A stretch of 63,728 nt of DNA, filler included, from Octopus bimaculoides (Eukaryota), in the NCBI RefSeq assembly GCF_001194135.2. It is 6 parts of 6 records of this genome, joined end to end, with 100 filler letters (N's around TTAATTAATTAA, not from the genome) between each part and the next. Parts side by side here need not be neighbours in the genome. Positions count along the whole stretch, not along the records: positions 19,628 to 33,583 come from NC_068991.1; positions 33,684 to 43,592 come from NC_068985.1; 4 more parts are not named here. The stretch is one strand, 5' to 3'. Position 1 is the first letter of the stretch; each line of letters begins with the position of its first letter. Below the pieces are notes generated by a model, which was given only the letters and a program-made list of their open reading frames with translations, searched no databases and was not told the origin of the DNA. Position numbers and translations under genes: made by a program. Shown in pieces: positions 24,764 to 38,111 of the stretch.

Positions 24764-25338
24764 TTATNNNNNNNNNNNNNNNNNNNNNNNNNNNNNNNNN
24801 NNNNNNNNNNNNNNNNNNNNNNNNNNNNNNNNNNNNNNNNNNNNNNNNNNNNNNNNNNNNNNNNNNNNNNNNNNNNNNNNNNNNNNNNNNNNNNNNNNNN
24901 NNNNNNNNNNNNNNNNNNNNNNNNNNNNNNNNNNNNNNNNNNNNNNNNNNNNNNNNNNNNNNNNNNNNNNNNNNNNNNNNNNNNNNNNNNNNNNNNNNNN
25001 NNNNNNNNNNNNNNNNNNNNNNNNNNNNNNNNNNNNNNNNNNNNNNNNNNNNNNNNNNNNNNNNNNNNNNNNNNNNNNNNNNNNNNNNNNNNNNNNNNNN
25101 NNNNNNNNNNNNNNNNNNNNNNNNNNNNNNNNNNNNNNNNNNNNNNNNNNNNNNNNNNNNNNNNNNNNNNNNNNNNNNNNNNNNNNNNNNNNNNNNNNNN
25201 NNNNNNNNNNNNNNNNNNNNNNNNNNNNNNNNNNNNNNNNNNNNNNNNNNNNNNNNNNNNNNNNNNNNNNNNNNNNNNNNNNNNNNNNNNNNNNNNNNNN
25301 NNNNNNNNNNNNNNNNNNNNNNNNNNNNNNNNNNNNNN

Positions 25339-25382
<44 letters not shown>

Positions 25383-25599
25383 CCCACACACATACATACA
25401 CACACATACACAACATTGTTCATAAACAAATTCGGGTTAAATGTAAATGTACTGGCTGCACGCCAGAAAGGAGTTCCACATTTTTCAAAGTGCAAAATAT
25501 GAACACGCTATTATTGCTATCGTAAGCTAAAAGTGTTTCACCACCGTATGTCACATGTAAACGTTTACAGAAAATATTTTAGATTTCCATTATTTGGTT

Positions 25600-26150
25600 G
25601 AGGAAATGATGATTATGATGCTATTTCCGCTCGCTCAAAGAGTATCCGGTGATGAGAAGTTCTCCAAGTGGTAGCATTTTGGGCCAAATTACACCCTTTT
25701 TTCCATCTCGGTCAAGACTTCCTGCACAGTCTTTTGTTTCGTCTTCACCGGCTTGCTTCTCTTTCTCCTTCAACTGTCCACTCGACCGTTGTTCTTGTCG
25801 GTCTCTCCAACGGTAAGAGCAATACTTGGTCAAACAGCTTCTGCCACCTAGCTATGATGGAGTCTTGCAGTTTACTTAGGTCATTTCTTCTCATGATTCC
25901 AACGTTTGTTATTTGGTCACTCTAGGTTTTCTGTGACATTGAATAATTCGTTGTAATGAAACATGCTTGGGAAGTAGAATAATTGCTTCGTTTGGCAAAG
26001 AGACCTGTGTCTCTTGGAACTGTCTTTCCTGCGCATCATTAAATGCACCAACCCTGTCACGAATATTTGAAAGTATCTTCCTCATTATAAATACTGCTGA
26101 CTACGACACATTGTTACACTGGATGACATTTTCTGATAAATTTCTATTAA
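25600..26150 (-). mobile_element. Highly decayed RTE-like LINE C-terminal fragment
   Basis: Translation LGIMRR...ERPTRTTVEWTVEGER...NLAQNATTWR follows the RTE C-terminal pattern. Confidence 0.5.
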
Positions 26151-26638
26151 AATGGATACAACTTATGAACTTATTTACTGTACAACGTTTTGACTTATTT
26201 CATTTCTATCGTTTCCATGTAAACGATTGCAAAATCAATTTTAGAAACGTACTTTCGCTCTTTCTCTAATAAAACCCTTTCCATAGGGCTAATTTATTTA
26301 GCTTTAATTTCGCAAGAGTTTGCAGCAAAATAGAAAGTAAAAATGTTTATCTCTTGAAAAAATGTTGAACTAGTGTTGTGAAACACGGTTAATGAAATGA
26401 CGGATCTATTTTAAAACGGGGGCGCCAGTTTTCATTTATGTTTTATGTAGTGTTTTTGGTACGGAAAGACTTTCAAACTTCGTATACTTATCTATTTTGT
26501 GTTATAGAACAGAAAAATATTTTTGTATTCGAATTTATTTCACGTAAAAAATTGTCTTATTTCGATAATTTCTACTAATCACTGACGTCTATTCAGTTGA
26601 AAACAGTTAGCGCTGTAACGGTGTATATCGTATTAATC

Positions 26639-26662
26639 CCCTAACCCTAACCCTAACCCTAA
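26639..26662. repeat. (CCCTAA)4 interstitial telomere-type repeat at a gap edge
   Basis: Four exact units followed by TAACCG variants. Confidence 0.85.
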
Positions 26663-27549
26663 CTAGACTGTTAACCGTAACCGTNNNNNNNNNNNNNNNN
26701 NNNNNNNNNNNNNNNNNNNNNNNNNNNNNNNNNNNNNNNNNNNNNNNNNNNNNNNNNNNNNNNNNNNNNNNNNNNNNNNNNNNNNNNNNNNNNNNNNNNN
26801 NNNNNNNNNNNNNNNNNNNNNNNNNNNNNNNNNNNNNNNNNNNNNNNNNNNNNNNNNNNNNNNNNNNNNNNNNNNNNNNNNNNNNNNNNNNNNNNNNNNN
26901 NNNNNNNNNNNNNNNNNNNNNNNNNNNNNNNNNNNNNNNNNNNNNNNNNNNNNNNNNNNNNNNNNNNNNNNNNNNNNNNNNNNNNNNNNNNNNNNNNNNN
27001 NNNNNNNNNNNNNNNNNNNNNNNNNNNNNNNNNNNNNNNNNNNNNNNNNNNNNNNNNNNNNNNNNNNNNNNNNNNNNNNNNNNNNNNNNNNNNNNNNNNN
27101 NNNNNNNNNNNNNNNNNNNNNNNNNNNNNNNNNNNNNNNNNNNNNNNNNNNNNNNNNNNNNNNNNNNNNNNNNNNNNNNNNNNNNNNNNNNNNNNNNNNN
27201 NNNNNNNNNNNNNNNNNNNNNNNNNNNNNNNNNNNNNNNNNNNNNNNNNNNNNNNNNNNNNNNNNNNNNNNNNNNNNNNNNNNNNNNNNNNNNNNNNNNN
27301 NNNNNNNNNNNNNNNNNNNNNNNNNNNNNNNNNNNNNNNNNNNNNNNNNNNNNNNNNNNNNNNNNNNNNNNNNNNNNNNNNNNNNNNNNNNNNNNNNNNN
27401 NNNNNNNNNNNNNNNNNNNNNNNNNNNNNNNNNNNNNNNNNNNNNNNNNNNNNNNNNNNNNNNNNNNNNNNNNNNNNNNNNNNNNNNNNNNNNNNNNNNN
27501 NNNNNNNNNNNNNNNNNNNNNNNNNNNNNNNNCAGAACTATACCTTCAT

Positions 27550-27995
27550 AGGCGCAGGCATAGCTGTGTGGTTTAAGACTCTCGCCTTGCAACCAGGCGG
27601 TTTCGAGTTCATTTCCACTGCACGGCTCTGCTGGTAAGTGTTATAGCTCCGGGCCGACTATAATGCCTTGTGAGTTAGTTTGGTAGACGAAAACTGTGGA
27701 GAACAGTTCTGTGTGCCTTTGTGTATGTGTCTGTCACTTCACCGTGCCATCTCTTGACAGCCACTACTGAGGTATTTGTGTCCCCGTAATTTAGGGGTTT
27801 GGCAAAAGAGACCGTTAGAATAATTACCTGTTTATCAAAAAAAAAAAAAATTAAAAAAATAAATAAAAAACCCAAAACAGAAAGAAAAAAAACAGACAAA
27901 AAAACAAAACAAAAACATAAGTACTGGTATCGATTTGTTCGAATAGACCCTTCAAGACGACGCCCCAACATTGCCGCAATCCAGTAACTGAGACA
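27550..27995 (+). mobile_element. CORE-type SINE, decayed
   Basis: A/B-box-like head and family 3' half as in the 22.0 and 49.7 kb copies. Confidence 0.75.
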
Positions 27996-28618
27996 AACAA
28001 AATATTTGCGATCTACTACAATCAGTACGGTAGTCTGCGCACTAAATATAAAATATATTACCGTTTAACATAGTCAACTATCACAATTTATATCAGATGT
28101 TTACGATGAGAATTATCCCAAGCATACGAATAATTATAAATTTATGGTCTTCTGTATTAGATTAGTATTTATAAACGTTTTCTATTATATATATTTAAAT
28201 CAGTTAATTATTGTTATTCGTATTCTTGGAGTAAATTCTTCTCATAATCGGTGGATTTAAGAGTCATATTTGTTGAATAGAATGTCTGGTGTGACGATGA
28301 AATAATCTGTAATCGTAATGTGATATGGGGTGAAGTAGACTTGTTAATGCGTTCTCGTAAAATATAAACAAATAGCATGATTTTAGGGATAAGACGGTAG
28401 CCGGTGTGTGCTATAATCTATAATATGGCTACCCGGCAGACGAGGTTAGATTGTCGTCGGGGAGACGTTTTTCTATCCTAGATATGCATTTGCGAGCGCG
28501 TGCGTGTGTGTGTGTGCGCGCACATGTCTATACATACATAGGGTCGAATTCGAATGCCGTCGTCGGGCAGTTACTTTAATCCTAGATAAGCACTCTGATA
28601 TCTATAAGAATATATATA

Positions 28619-29465
28619 CAGGGGTTGGACAAAATATTGGAAACACCTTAGAATTTCAAACAAATTTATTTTAATATGGGGTAGGACCACCGTTGGCAAT
28701 AATTACAACTTGAATTCTACGAGGTATGGACTCGTACAAAGTTTGAATTGTTTCCAAAGGAATTTTTGTCCATTCTTCAGCTAAAACATTCTCCAGTTCT
28801 TGTAGTGATGATGGTGGAGGGAGGGTATCGACTCCTTACTTGTTTTTCTAAAATGCATCATAAATGTTCAATGATATTGAGATCTGGGGACTGCGGTGGT
28901 CAGATAAGATGTTCAACTTCACTAGAATGTTCCTCGTGCCATTCAGTAACAACTTTAGCTGTGTGAAAGATTGCATTTCCCTTCGGAAACAGTTCCGCAA
29001 CCATAGGATGAATTTGATCAGATAAAATGCTTAAATAATCTTGACTATTAATTCTGTCATAAAGAGAAACCATTGGGCCGGCAGATTTCCAGGATATAAC
29101 CCCCCAAATCATCACAGATCCTCCTCCATGTTTAACAGTTGGAAGAAGGCAGTCTGGGTCAATGCTTCTTTTGGCTGTCTCTACACGTATACTCGGTCGG
29201 TGGTCAGAAATAAGGTAAAGGATGACTCGTCCAAGAAAATAACATTCTTCCACTGCTCTAGGGACAATTCTGTAGGTTTTACTCCGCTCTAAACGCTTTG
29301 CAGCGTTTGTTTTTGGAAGTAGTGGTTTTCTGATTGCAGCCCTCCTGTAAAATCCGGCTTTGTGCCGCTCCCGGCGAACAGTTTTTGTGGAAACCGGGTT
29401 CTCGAGGTGGTCATTAAGCTTTGCAGTAATTTTGCGACCTGTACTTTTGTGATCCGTCTAACAAT
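28619..29465 (-). mobile_element. Tc1-family transposon remnant (one TIR, pseudogenised DDE transposase)
   Basis: TA+CAGGGGTTGGACAAAATATTGGAAACACC terminus; WKNVIFLDESSF, PTVKHGGGSVMIWG, second Asp deleted (AIF-HTAK), *PPQSPDLNIIEHL*. Confidence 0.92.
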
Positions 29466-29479
29466 TCACATAAGAGTCT

Positions 29480-30137
29480 GACTATAGTTTTTTTTTGTTT
29501 TAGAGTTAAAAAATGCTGATTTTACATTTAAAAATTTTAAAGGCCCTAAAAAGGCTGATTTCATAGTTTTGGTCCTTTTTAAGGCGTTTAAAGGCTTTTA
29601 GATTCAGAAAAGAGTAAGATTAACTCAAATGAAACACAGTATCAGTATTAAACTAAAAAAAAGTTTATTGATAAAGTGGCTGTAAAAAATGCAAATAAAA
29701 AAATGAAAAGCACGATATATACATAATTCTCTCCGTGAAACACCGAGGTCATGGAGCAAGTGGAAACACATCAATCACTGTTCCCTCTTAATAGGACAAA
29801 GAAATTTCCCGCTGTCTTTGCAAGCAACAAGCGGGTGGATTTGGTTTCAAATCCAGGCTAGGTCAAACGAGGTCCTACAAGTTATCTATAATATTAAGTG
29901 GCGTTATATCGGGGTTGAAAGAATGACGCGTACAATATTAAATATGCTAAGACAATCTGAAAACAATAGAAACTTTTAAATGTTTACCAGTTTTTATGAA
30001 ATTTTTGGGTTAATGTTAAGTGTAACGGAAGTTAATTAGTCTGATTTTCAAAGTTAACTTAAAAGTTAAATCGTCAACGAAAATGTTAACTTCGTTAATT
30101 AACGATTAACGGATTAACGGACTTACGCCTAGCTCTG
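29480..30137. mobile_element. Probable hAT-like non-autonomous fragment
   Basis: Right terminus reads CAGAGCTAGGC on the minus strand with TTAAC-rich subterminal repeats; left boundary unclear. Confidence 0.4.
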
Positions 30138-30349
30138 TATATGTATGTATATATCTGTACACGTGTATGTGTGTGCGTGTGTGTATGTGCGTGTGTGTGT
30201 GTGCGTGTGTGTGTGTGTGCGTGTGTGTGTGTGTATGTGTATATATATATGTGTATCTATGTAATATTATGGCAATATAGAACTAAAGTCTAAATCGAGA
30301 TCTGAAACTTAGATATTTTAAATTAACAATGACAGCATGCTGAGATTTT

Positions 30350-30850
30350 CTTTCTAATTTTGGCACAAGGCCAGCAATTTTTATGGGAAGGGAAAATCGA
30401 TTACATCGATCTCGGTGCTTATCCAACTCTTATTTTATGGGCCCCTAAAAGATGAAAGGCAAAGCTGACCGCGGTGGCATTTGAACTTACAACATAAAAA
30501 GCCGGAAGAAATACTGCTTCGCTTTTTGTCGGTCGCGGCAACGAGTCTGCCAGCTCATTGCCTTTGCTTGAAATGTTGGCACAAGGCTAGCCGTTTTAAG
30601 AGGAGGTATTAGTAAGCTACTTCAATCTCAGTGCTTGACTGGTAATTTATCTTATCGACTCGGAAAGGATGAAAGGTAAAGTTGATCTCGGCGGAATTTG
30701 AACACAGAACGTAAAGAACCAGAAAAAAAAAAAGAAAAAAAATGTTGCGAAGTATTTTGTCCAGTTCGACCAGTTCGTAGCATTAGCAACGTGCTGATAT
30801 ATGGCACAGAAACAGAGATGCTTACAAAAGCCCTGCAAATTCTGTGGGAC
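30350..30850 (-). mobile_element. Cluster of Deu/Nin-like SINE copies
   Basis: Repeated GATGAAAGG(C/T)AAAG..GACC..GGCGGAATTTGAAC blocks. Confidence 0.8.
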
Positions 30851-31018
30851 ATTATGTGAACGATTGCTACTTGCAAAACACAGCACGTCGTAAAGTAAAA
30901 ATAAAACACATAGCGAACTTTATGGCAATCTACCTTTAGTTATAACCACATTGCGCCAATGAAAATAAACGTTTATAAGTTACTATTAGAGATGCAATGA
31001 CGAGGTAAGACATTAACT

Positions 31019-31032
31019 GTTGCTATAGAAAC
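31019..31032. promoter_or_regulatory. RFX X-box-like motif GTTGCTATAGAAAC
   Basis: Matches GTNRCY-N(0-3)-RGNAAC; next to donor AG|gtaaga at 31005. Confidence 0.25.
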
Positions 31033-31193
31033 TAACTCGTGGCAAGAGATCGAGAGGAACTGACTTTTCGTATATTGCCCAACTGTTACAACATACTAGG
31101 ATTAAATTGGAAACTCTACTTGCTGTCACAAAGTAGCGTGTCTATAGAAGAAACAGTCTGGTAGAAACAGTCTGAGTTTTCCTGATGGGATTT

Positions 31194-31252
<59 letters not shown>

Positions 31253-32500
31253 CACACATTATATGTCTATATTATAGGCACACACATATATCTATGATAT
31301 AGACATATATATATATGCGTGTATAAATGTGTGTGTGCGTGTGTGCGTGTGCGTAAACATATTTATATATATATGCATATATACACATATAATAATATAT
31401 ATAATATATAATACACACACACACACACACACGCACACACACACGCACACACACACACACACACGCACACACACACGCACACACACACACACATATATGT
31501 ATATATATTACATAATCGCACATACATACATACATGTGTGCGCGCATGTATATGTATATGTATTATAACACATAGACACGCTACGTGCACGCACCCGTTC
31601 CCACACCAACACATCTGTCAGTGGTTACAGTATTTGCATTAACAGAATGTCTTCCAATGCATGCGTTCTACAAAATGTAGACTAACTTTCATGCAAGCAA
31701 GTAAGTTAGCTGTTGTTGCAAGCGTCTTCTGATCTCTAAATGACTCATGAAATATAAATTTTCGTTTTAGTTTTGTTAAGCTGTGTCCCATCAGCCTTAA
31801 CCTAGATTCACCGACAAAGAAGTTTTATAGATTTAATATTTTCACTCATGAATAAACTCAGGTTTCTTTTCTTAACGTTTACGCTTTTGATACCCACCCA
31901 TGGTGTTATCCGCTTGGCAGAATCGTTAGAGCCGCACAAACTCCTTGAGGTGTTTTTTTTACGCTTCCTTGCGTTCTGGATTCAAATCTCATCAGGGTTA
32001 TCTTTGTCTTTCATCTTTTCTTTCTTGGCAAAATAAATTGCTGGTCAGGTAATTGCAATAGATCTAATCAACTGTCCTTCCACTGCCAAATTCCTCGCTT
32101 TGTGCCCTCTATCACTTGTTTCAGTCATTCGACAGCGGCAGTGCTGGGGCACCACCTTGAAGGGTTTGGTCGAGTAGATCGATCCCTTGGTACTTATTCT
32201 ACTGGGTTCTGCTGCCGAGCCTATATATTACGAAGGTGTAAACAAACCAACACCGGTTGAAAAACTGTGGCAGAAGGTGGAGGAAACAAGAATAAATATA
32301 AAGACACACATACATGCGCGCGCATATATATACATATATACAACAAATTTCAACACAGTTTCCATCTACCAAATTTATTCACAAAGCAAATGTTTTCTAC
32401 TACAGCCTAAGGTCAACCTGGGGCTATAGTAGGCCGATGTGTGTGTGTATGTGTATACATACATTTGTATACACACACATATATGCATATATATGTATAT

Positions 32501-32532
<32 letters not shown>

Positions 32533-32699
32533 NNNNNNNNNNATATATATAAACAATATATGAGTATATGCATATATATGTACATGTATGTATATACGTT
32601 CATCCACATGTACATATAGATACATAACTGGGTACAGAGGAGAAGCACTTATAATTGTCCTAGATTATTGTAATTTTAGTATATCATTACTAAGCATAC

Positions 32700-33505
32700 A
32701 ATAAGCTGATCGCCCAGTTTTTGCTATTTTCGATTGATGAGACAGCTGCAACACTACATTGAACACACCCAACTAAATACTGCGTATCACAGCTGATCAG
32801 TTTGTAAAAATGCAATCGTGACGTTTGTGAACTCGTTATGCAATAAAGTTTGGTGTTTTGAAATGGGTAAAAACGCTACAGAAACTAACGAAATTCTCCA
32901 GACTGCTTAAGGATAAACTTTCTCGATAGCACAAGAAGTTCAAAGACGGTTAAGAGCGGGTGATAGACGATGAGATGTGTAGGAGGCAGAGGGACGCTAG
33001 AACATGAGAGTTGGTTGAGAAAATTCTCAATTTTCTTGATGAGAAACCGTCGTGTGTCTATAAAGGCAATAAGCATACAGTGTGGAGTTGTACATTGTAC
33101 ACAGAATTATTCATGAAGATCTGAACATTTGCAGAATTTGTGCGAAGTTCGTTTCCATGGTGCTCAGTGACAAGCATCCTGGTAACCAACAGGGATGGGC
33201 ATCAAAAATATCTCTCACTCTCCCTACAGTCCAGGTCTTGATCTCCGTGACTATTGGTTGTTCCCCAAGGCGAAGAAGAAACTAAGAGGCAGTCGTTTTG
33301 ACGGTGAATGAGGCTGTGACAAGGGTCCTGGACACCTTCATCTTGAAGGACTGCCATGGGGCCTTCATGAAGTGGCTGAAGCACTACAACAAATACATTG
33401 ATGTCAGAGACCCCTACTTCGAAGGAGATTAGAATTTTGTACATCTTTCAAATTAATAAATGTCTCTTGTGAAAAAAATCTGAAAATTTTTGGAATTCTC
33501 CATGT
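32700..33505 (+). mobile_element. Internally deleted mariner element
   Basis: RYAIKFG..KNATETNEILQTA, RIIHEDLNICRICAKFV, then a jump to the PYSPDLAP-like region; 3' TIR-like end before TA. Confidence 0.8.
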
Positions 33506-33527
33506 ATGTATGTATGCATGCGTGTGC

Positions 33528-33583
<56 letters not shown>

Positions 33584-33905
33584 NNNNNNNNNNNNNNNNN
33601 NNNNNNNNNNNNNNNNNNNNNNNNNNNTTAATTAATTAANNNNNNNNNNNNNNNNNNNNNNNNNNNNNNNNNNNNNNNNNNNNTATATATATAAATATAT
33701 ATAAATAGATAGATAGATAGATAGATAGATATATTGCTTGTATCCTTTACTTGCTTTTAAACCTGGTACTTCTTGGTCTCTTTTCACCAAACTGCTAAAT
33801 TACAGGGTCATGAACAAACCTAATACAAGTTGTCAAGTGGTGGTTGAGGACAAACACAAAGACACACACATGTAGATATATGCATATATATATACATATA
33901 TACAT

Positions 33906-33938
<33 letters not shown>

Positions 33939-34129
33939 CATGCGTGTGCGTGCGCAGACACACACACACACACATTCATACACACATATACAATGGGCTT
34001 CTTTGAGTTACTGACTATCAGATCTACTCACAAGATTTTGTTCAGCTCAGGGCTATAATAGAAGACTCTTGCTCAAGGTGCCATATCCACTTAGTGATAA
34101 CTACTGGAAAAAAAATTTAAATATTCCCT

Positions 34130-34565
34130 TTTAGGTGCAGGTGTGTCTGTGTGGTAAGAAGCTTGATTCCCAACCACATAGTTCTGGGTTCATTCCCACT
34201 GTGTAACACCTTGGGCAAGTGTTTTCTGCATATAGCCTTTAACCAATCAAAGCCTTCTGAGTGGATTTGGTAGATAGAAACTGAAAGAATCTTGCAATGT
34301 GTGTGTGTGTGTGTGTCTCTCTGTCTGTGTTTGTGTGTCTTTGTATTTCTGTTTGCCCCCCCCCCCCAACCATCACTTGACAACCAGTGTTGTCGTTTTT
34401 ACAACCCTGTAACTTAATGGTTCAGCAAAAGAGACCAATAGAATAAGTGTCAGGTTTAAGAAAAATAAAATAAGTACTGGAGTTGATTCATTCAAATAAA
34501 GAAATTCTTCAAGGTGGTGCTCCAGCATGGCCACAGTCTAATGACTGAAACAAGTAAAAGATAAA
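34130..34565 (+). mobile_element. CORE-type SINE, full length
   Basis: GTGTGGTAAGAAGCTTG..GGGTTCATTCCC..ACCTTGGGCAAGTG (CORE-like) plus family 3' half. Confidence 0.9.
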
Positions 34566-34813
34566 GGATTGATAGTAGAGGTTAATGGTAGATTAGTGGT
34601 AGGATTGATAGTAGAGGTTTCAGTCAAATGACAGAAACAAGTAAAAGATAAAGGATTAATAGTAGAGGTTAATAATATATTTTATTTTGGTCAGTCTCTT
34701 GCTCTTCAGACATATCATAACTTGTCCAAAGACCCTATGCACTCACAGGCAAATCTTGGAGTAGCAAGAGACTGGCTCAGCCCAAATAATATATATAATA
34801 TAAATATATATAT

Positions 34814-34961
34814 CAGTGGCAGGGGGACCTGAGGGGCATGTGTCCCCCTTAAGAAAAGAAGTGTGCCCTTCTAAATAATGTTATTACACTCTTTTCTCCA
34901 GGAATTGTATTCCCTTCCGACCTTGTGCCCTTCCTTCAAAAAATTTCTGGGACCACACCTG
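34814..34961. mobile_element. Possible hAT-type MITE inserted in (TA)n
   Basis: CAG...CTG termini with imperfect inverted ends. Confidence 0.4.
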
Positions 34962-35016
34962 TATATATATATATATATATATATATTTGGCTAATGAGAG
35001 AGGGAAGATACAAAAA

Positions 35017-35377
35017 TTTTTAATAATCACTACAACTGTTTTGACCCATCTAGCATTGATTCCCCTTTAAGTGAGATACTTAGCAACTGGTTCAAGAGCA
35101 TCCGACAGTGCAGATGTTTCTCTTCAGGTGATAAATAGATATAACTTGTTAAAATTTAATATTTTTTTTGCTATGAAGCTTTATCTTTTAATTTGCTGCT
35201 TTTCTTTACAAGAACTGAGAAGATCTATTGCAGAACTGTTATTTTAACGAGTTATATTTATTTATCACCTGAAAAGACACATCTGCACAGTCTGATTCTC
35301 CTGAACCAGTTGTTAAGTATCCCGCCCGTGAGGGATTGATGCTAGATGGGTCGAAACAATTTTAGTGACTAATAAAA
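35017..35377. repeat. Inverted repeat with about 138-bp arms, each carrying a degenerate hammerhead motif (family D)
   Basis: 35017-35155 pairs with 35241-35377; plus arm ATCAC-CTGAAAA-GAC...GTC-GAAAC-AATT-TTA-GTGAC; minus arm ATCAC-CTGAAGA...GTC-AAAAC-AGTT-GTA-GTGAT. Confidence 0.85.
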
Positions 35378-35822
35378 ATCCTCTTATCTTCCGTCTTCCA
35401 TCTATCATGAACCAAATACATAACAAACACTGTGAAAGTGATCATGCTTTACCAGTAAGCTACCAGGTATAAGCCATTTATTTTATTATCTAATATATAT
35501 GTGTGTGTTTATATGTATATATATCATCATCATCACCTTTTAACGTTTAACGTCCGCCTTCCATGCTAGCATGGGTTGGACTATTTGACAGCTGATTAGT
35601 TCATAGAATGCAGTCAAGACATTTGGGAGATCACTAAGTAACAAAGTTTTGTGTTAAACTCGGCAAAAATGTTTAAGAAACTTATGAAATGCTCCAGACC
35701 ACTTATGGATTAACTTTTCTTCAGGCATAAACGATTCAAATACAGTAGAGAGGTGAAAGACAAGAGGTGTGGGTGGAAGAGGGTCATCAGAACATAGGAG
35801 CTGGTTAAGAAAATTCATAATT

Positions 35823-38110
35823 TCATCATCATCGTCGTTTAACGTCCGCCTTCCATGCTAGCATGGGTTGGATGATTTGGCTGAGAACTGGCGAATCAGA
35901 TAGCTACACCAGGCTCCAATCTGATTTGCCAGTTTCTACAGCTGTATGCCCTTCCTAATGCCAACCACTCCAAGAGTGTAGTGGGTGCTTTTACGTGCCA
36001 CCAGCATGAAGACCAGTCAGGCGGTACTGGCAACAACCATGCTCAAAATGGTGTATTTTACGTGCCACCTGCACAGGAGCCAGTCCAGCGGCACTGGCAA
36101 TGATTTTGCTCGAATGTTTTTTTTCACGTGCCAGTGAGGTGATGCTGGTAATGATCACGCTCAAATGGTGCTATTTACGTGCCACTGGCATGGTAGACAG
36201 ACAGCTGCTCTGGCAATGATCACACTCGGACGGTGCTCCTAGCGCTCCACTGGTACAGGTGCCAACACAATTTAGAATTCACTTGCCCTAACAGGTCTTC
36301 ACAAGCCGAGTTTAGTGTCCAATGAAGGAGAGGTTGGCATGGGTGCCAGTTGTTGAATTTGGTTCGATTTCAATTTCACTTGCCTCAACAGGTCTTCGCA
36401 AGTGGAGTTTAGTGTCCAATGAAGGAAAGGTACGCATAAGTGAGCTGGCTACACTCCTGGCAGAGGCCTCAGATTATGGTCTCACTTGGCTTGCTGGGTC
36501 TTCTCACACACAACATATTTCCAAAGGTCTCAGTCACAAGTCATTGCCTCGGTGAGGCCTAATGTTCGAAGGCCGTGCTTCACCACCTCATCCCAGGTCT
36601 TCCTGGGTCTACTTCTTCCACAGGCTCCCTCAACCGCTAGGGTGTGGCACTTTTTCACACAGCTATCCTCATCCATTCTCACCACATGACCATACCAGCG
36701 CAATCGTCTCTCTTGCAGACCACAACTGATGCATCTTAGGTTCAACTTTTCTCTCAAGGTACTTACACTCTGTCGAGTATGCACACTGACATTACACATC
36801 TATCGGAGCATACTGGCATCATTCCTTGCGAGCTTACACATGTCCTCAGCAGTCACGGCCCATGTTTCACTGCCATGTAGCATGGCTGTTCATACGCATG
36901 CGTCATACAGTCTGCCTTTTACTCTGAGCAAGAGGCCCTTTGTCACCAGCAGAGGTGAGAACTCTCTGAACTTTACCCAGGCTATTCTTATTCTAGCAGC
37001 TACACTTTCAGCGCACCCTCTCCTACTACTAACTTGGTCACCCAGATAATAGAAGCTATCAACTACGTCTAGTTTTTCTCCCTGGAATGTGACAGAAGTT
37101 GTTCTCTGCACATTTTCAGTGTTTACTGCTCCTGAACATCAGCCACATACAAAAACTAACTTCCTAGTTAGCCGTCCTTTGATATTACTGCACCTCTTAT
37201 GTGTCCATAGCTTACACTGGGTACATCTTATAGAGTTTCTACCTACACCTTTTCTACAGATCGAACAGGGCCATCTACCTGAAGGGGTTTGTGTTTTGTC
37301 TACCTTCCTACTTGTTAGGACTTTGGTTTTAGCTAGGTTGACTCTAAAGCCTTTCGATTCTAGTCCTTGCTTCCACACCTGAAACTTCTCTTCTAGTTCT
37401 GATAGTGACTCAGCAATTAGTGCAAGGTCATCAGCATAGAGGAGCTCCCAAGGGCATCCTGTCTTGAATTCGTCTGTTATCGCCTGGAGGACTATGATAA
37501 ACAGGAGNNNNNNNNNNNNNNNNNNNNNNNNNNNNNNNNNNNNNNNNNNNNNNNNNNNNNNNNNNNNNNNNNNNNNNNNNNNNNNNNNNNNNNNNNNNNN
37601 NNNNNNNNNNNNNNNNNNNNNNNNNNNNNNNNNNNNNNNNNNNNNNNNNNNNNNNNNNNNNNNNNNNNNNNNNNNNNNNNNNNNNNNNNNNNNNNNNNNN
37701 NNNNNNNNNNNNGGTACAGAGGTTTACCTTTGGCTAGGTATTTCTCCTGCAGCTGTCTTACCAGAAATATAGCATCAGTGGTGTTTTTCCCTGGCACGAA
37801 TCCAAACTGCATCTCATCTAAGCTGACTCTCTCCCTAATTAGTTGGGCTATGACCCTCTCTGTGACTTTCATTACCTGATCCAACAACTTGATACCTCTG
37901 TGATTATTTGTATCTAAAGCATCACCTTTACCTTTGTAGCAGTTGACTATGGTGCTGCTAAACCAGTCATTGGGTATGACTCCTTTGTGTATCACCTGGT
38001 TAACAATACTGGTGACTAAGCTATAGCTGACACTGCCAGATATTTTGAGCATCTCTGCAGTGATTCCTGATGGACCGGGGGCTTTCCCTGTCTTCATACT
38101 CTTAATTGCT
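35823..38110 (-). mobile_element. RTE-clade LINE, 5'-truncated, RT domain through 3' UTR and tail
   Basis: MKTGKAPGPSGITAEML, QFGFVPGKNTTDAIFLVRQLQEKY, GFRVNLAKTK, YYLGDQ, RRLRWYGHVVRM; (GAT)n tail; a second short tail at 35.52-35.59 kb. Confidence 0.95.
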
Positions 38111-38111
38111 T

